From an uncultured Spirochaetaceae bacterium (GTDB lineage Bacteria > Spirochaetota > Spirochaetia > DSM-27196 > PWMO01), in the NCBI GenBank assembly GCA_964345195.1, contig CAYFQV010000013.1:1-36040 (forward strand): a DNA stretch of 36,040 nt, written 5' to 3'. Shown here piece after piece: positions 34,954-36,040 of the stretch. The position numbers were made by a program, and so were the translations under genes. A model generated the notes under the pieces. That model had not been told where the DNA came from. It saw nothing but the letters and a program-made list of their open reading frames with translations, and did no database searches. Numbering within the stretch: position 1 is the first letter of the stretch; each line of letters starts with the position of its first letter.

Positions 34954-36040
34954 ATGCCTGCTGACACATCCCCCGCCGACGTGCTACGCAAGACGTGGAA
35001 AAACAGCATGACCAACACGCACTCTCGCTCACACAGTCAGCAGTCGAAGTCGCAGTCTTACGACCTCGTCGCCACCTGCGCCGGCGGGCTGGAGCCCATT
35101 CTCGAGAAGGAGCTCGGCACGCTCGGCGTTTCGGTCACCGGCCACGACGCCGGTCTGGTCCGCGCCGCCGGCAGTCCCGCAACGCTTGTTACCCTCAACC
35201 GACAGGTCCGCACGGCGTCCCGCATTCTTATATCTCTAGCTAAGGGTCCGGTAGAGACCTATGACGATGTCTACGCTCTAGCCCGGAAGGTAGCGTGGGA
35301 GTCGCGGATCAACGCATCGGCAAGCTTTGCGGTTACGGCCCTGCCGCGCTCGCGGAGCCTCACGAATCACAAGTACCTGGCCATGCGGGTAAAGGACGCG
35401 GTTGTCGACCGTCAGCGCGACCGTGGCGGCAAGCGCTCCAACGTGGAACGGCGCAGTCCGGATTACCCGATCGTGGTCCATGTGGATGACGAGGCCGCGG
35501 AGATTTCGCTGGACACCAGCGGCCGCAGCCTTCATGAACGGGGCTACCGCCGCGAATCCGGCGAGGCTCCGCTGCGCGAGAGTCTTGCCGCGGGACTGGT
35601 GCTGCGCTCCGGCTGGGACGGGACGGTACCTCTCTTCGACCCGTTCTGCGGATCCGGAACAATCGCCATTGAGGCGGCACTCCTGCAGGCGGGGATCGGC
35701 CCCGGTGACCTCGGCCGCCGCTACGCCTTCGAAGGCTGGCCGGAGTTCCGCGGTGTGACGGCGGGGCGCGCGCCGGGCGGGGAAACCACTCAGACGGCGC
35801 GAGCTCCCATCATTGCGGCGGACAAGGACGCGGATGTGTTGGAGAAGGCCCGCCGCAACGCCCGGCGCGCGGGGGTGGAAGAGCGCATCACCTTCGTGCA
35901 CGGCGCCTTCGAGGAGCTGGAACCCGACGAGTTGCTCCGTCCCTCGAGCGGAGAGCCCCCCGACGGCGCGGACGGTGGTCTACAGGGCGTGATCATTAGC
36001 AATCCGCCCTACGGCGAGCGAATAATCTATGAGGCTGTTG
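34954..36040 (+). CDS. THUMP-domain class I SAM-dependent RNA methyltransferase (RlmL N-terminal half / YpsC-like), 3' partial
   Basis: Not in the ORF track because there is no stop inside the window. Hand translation of frame 1 is open from ATG 34954 (alternative ATG 35008) to the window edge. It reads YDLVATCAGGLEPILEKEL, HERGYR, PLRESLAAGL, DPFCGSGTIAIEA (motif I) and VIISNPPYGER (motif IV). Confidence 0.85.
   Translation, partial: MPADTSPADVLRKTWKNSMTNTHSRSHSQQSKSQSYDLVATCAGGLEPILEKELGTLGVSVTGHDAGLVRAAGSPATLVTLNRQVRTASRILISLAKGPVETYDDVYALARKVAWESRINASASFAVTALPRSRSLTNHKYLAMRVKDAVVDRQRDRGGKRSNVERRSPDYPIVVHVDDEAAEISLDTSGRSLHERGYRRESGEAPLRESLAAGLVLRSGWDGTVPLFDPFCGSGTIAIEAALLQAGIGPGDLGRRYAFEGWPEFRGVTAGRAPGGETTQTARAPIIAADKDADVLEKARRNARRAGVEERITFVHGAFEELEPDELLRPSSGEPPDGADGGLQGVIISNPPYGERIIYEAV

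Noticed and set aside
35278-35901. 207-aa and 106-aa minus-strand ORFs, and the 118-aa + ORF 35402..35758
   Set aside because: They lie inside the GC-rich methyltransferase gene, whose frame carries the THUMP, DPFCGSGT and NPPYG motifs. The antisense and off-frame translations are Arg/Ala/Pro-rich artefacts.
1-36040. Search by eye for CRISPR repeats, tRNA/T-loop (GGTTCGAATCC-like) sequences, rRNA, IS inverted repeats, integrases, toxin-antitoxin pairs and known defence genes
   Set aside because: None found. The only TTCGAATC string (about 20445) lies inside the binding-protein CDS with no tRNA-like context. Repeats longer than about 17 nt were seen only at 1325-1361. A computational scan (tRNAscan-SE, Infernal, MinCED, ISfinder, DefenseFinder) is still needed for certainty.

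Overview
36-kb bacterial window with about 30 protein genes, most with Shine-Dalgarno sites. By eye I found no rRNA, tRNA, CRISPR array, transposase, integrase, phage or recognisable defence genes. Composition is mosaic. The left end (1-3200) and right end (34950-36040) are GC-rich, about 62-67% in hand-counted 60-nt lines. The central ~31 kb is about 40-55%. The left flank is a small extracytosolic redox module: a DsbD_2-like membrane protein, a Cys-containing anchored protein, and a signal-anchored C_GCAxxG_C_C::FMN_bind fusion that carries a flavinylation motif. The centre is a catabolic locus in which every enzyme appears cytoplasmic. It holds 2 AraC regulators, an N-acetylhexosamine 1-kinase (NahK-like), a GH123/DUF4091 enzyme, a metallophosphoesterase and three Cys-type (CxPxR) sulfatases. 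It also holds a GH51-like hydrolase with GNH instead of GNE, a hexapeptide acyltransferase, two neutral-ceramidase-fold paralogues and an LplABC-type ABC importer with no ATPase gene. A large DUF3604/PHP-like protein completes it. The most novel-looking part is a tightly coupled six-gene minus-strand operon (32005 down to 25485), preceded by a SIS-domain gene and a DeoR regulator. Its genes are an archaeal-type TIM paralogue, YjbQ, a FucI-like isomerase, a ceramidase-fold amidohydrolase, an FGGY kinase and a DUF4432 mutarotase-like protein. I cannot map that gene set onto any characterised pathway. The right flank is an SRPBCC protein and a 3'-truncated THUMP/NPPY RNA methyltransferase that is missing from the ORF track because it runs off the window. 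All family calls rest on motifs read by eye and recalled from memory. No searches were run.
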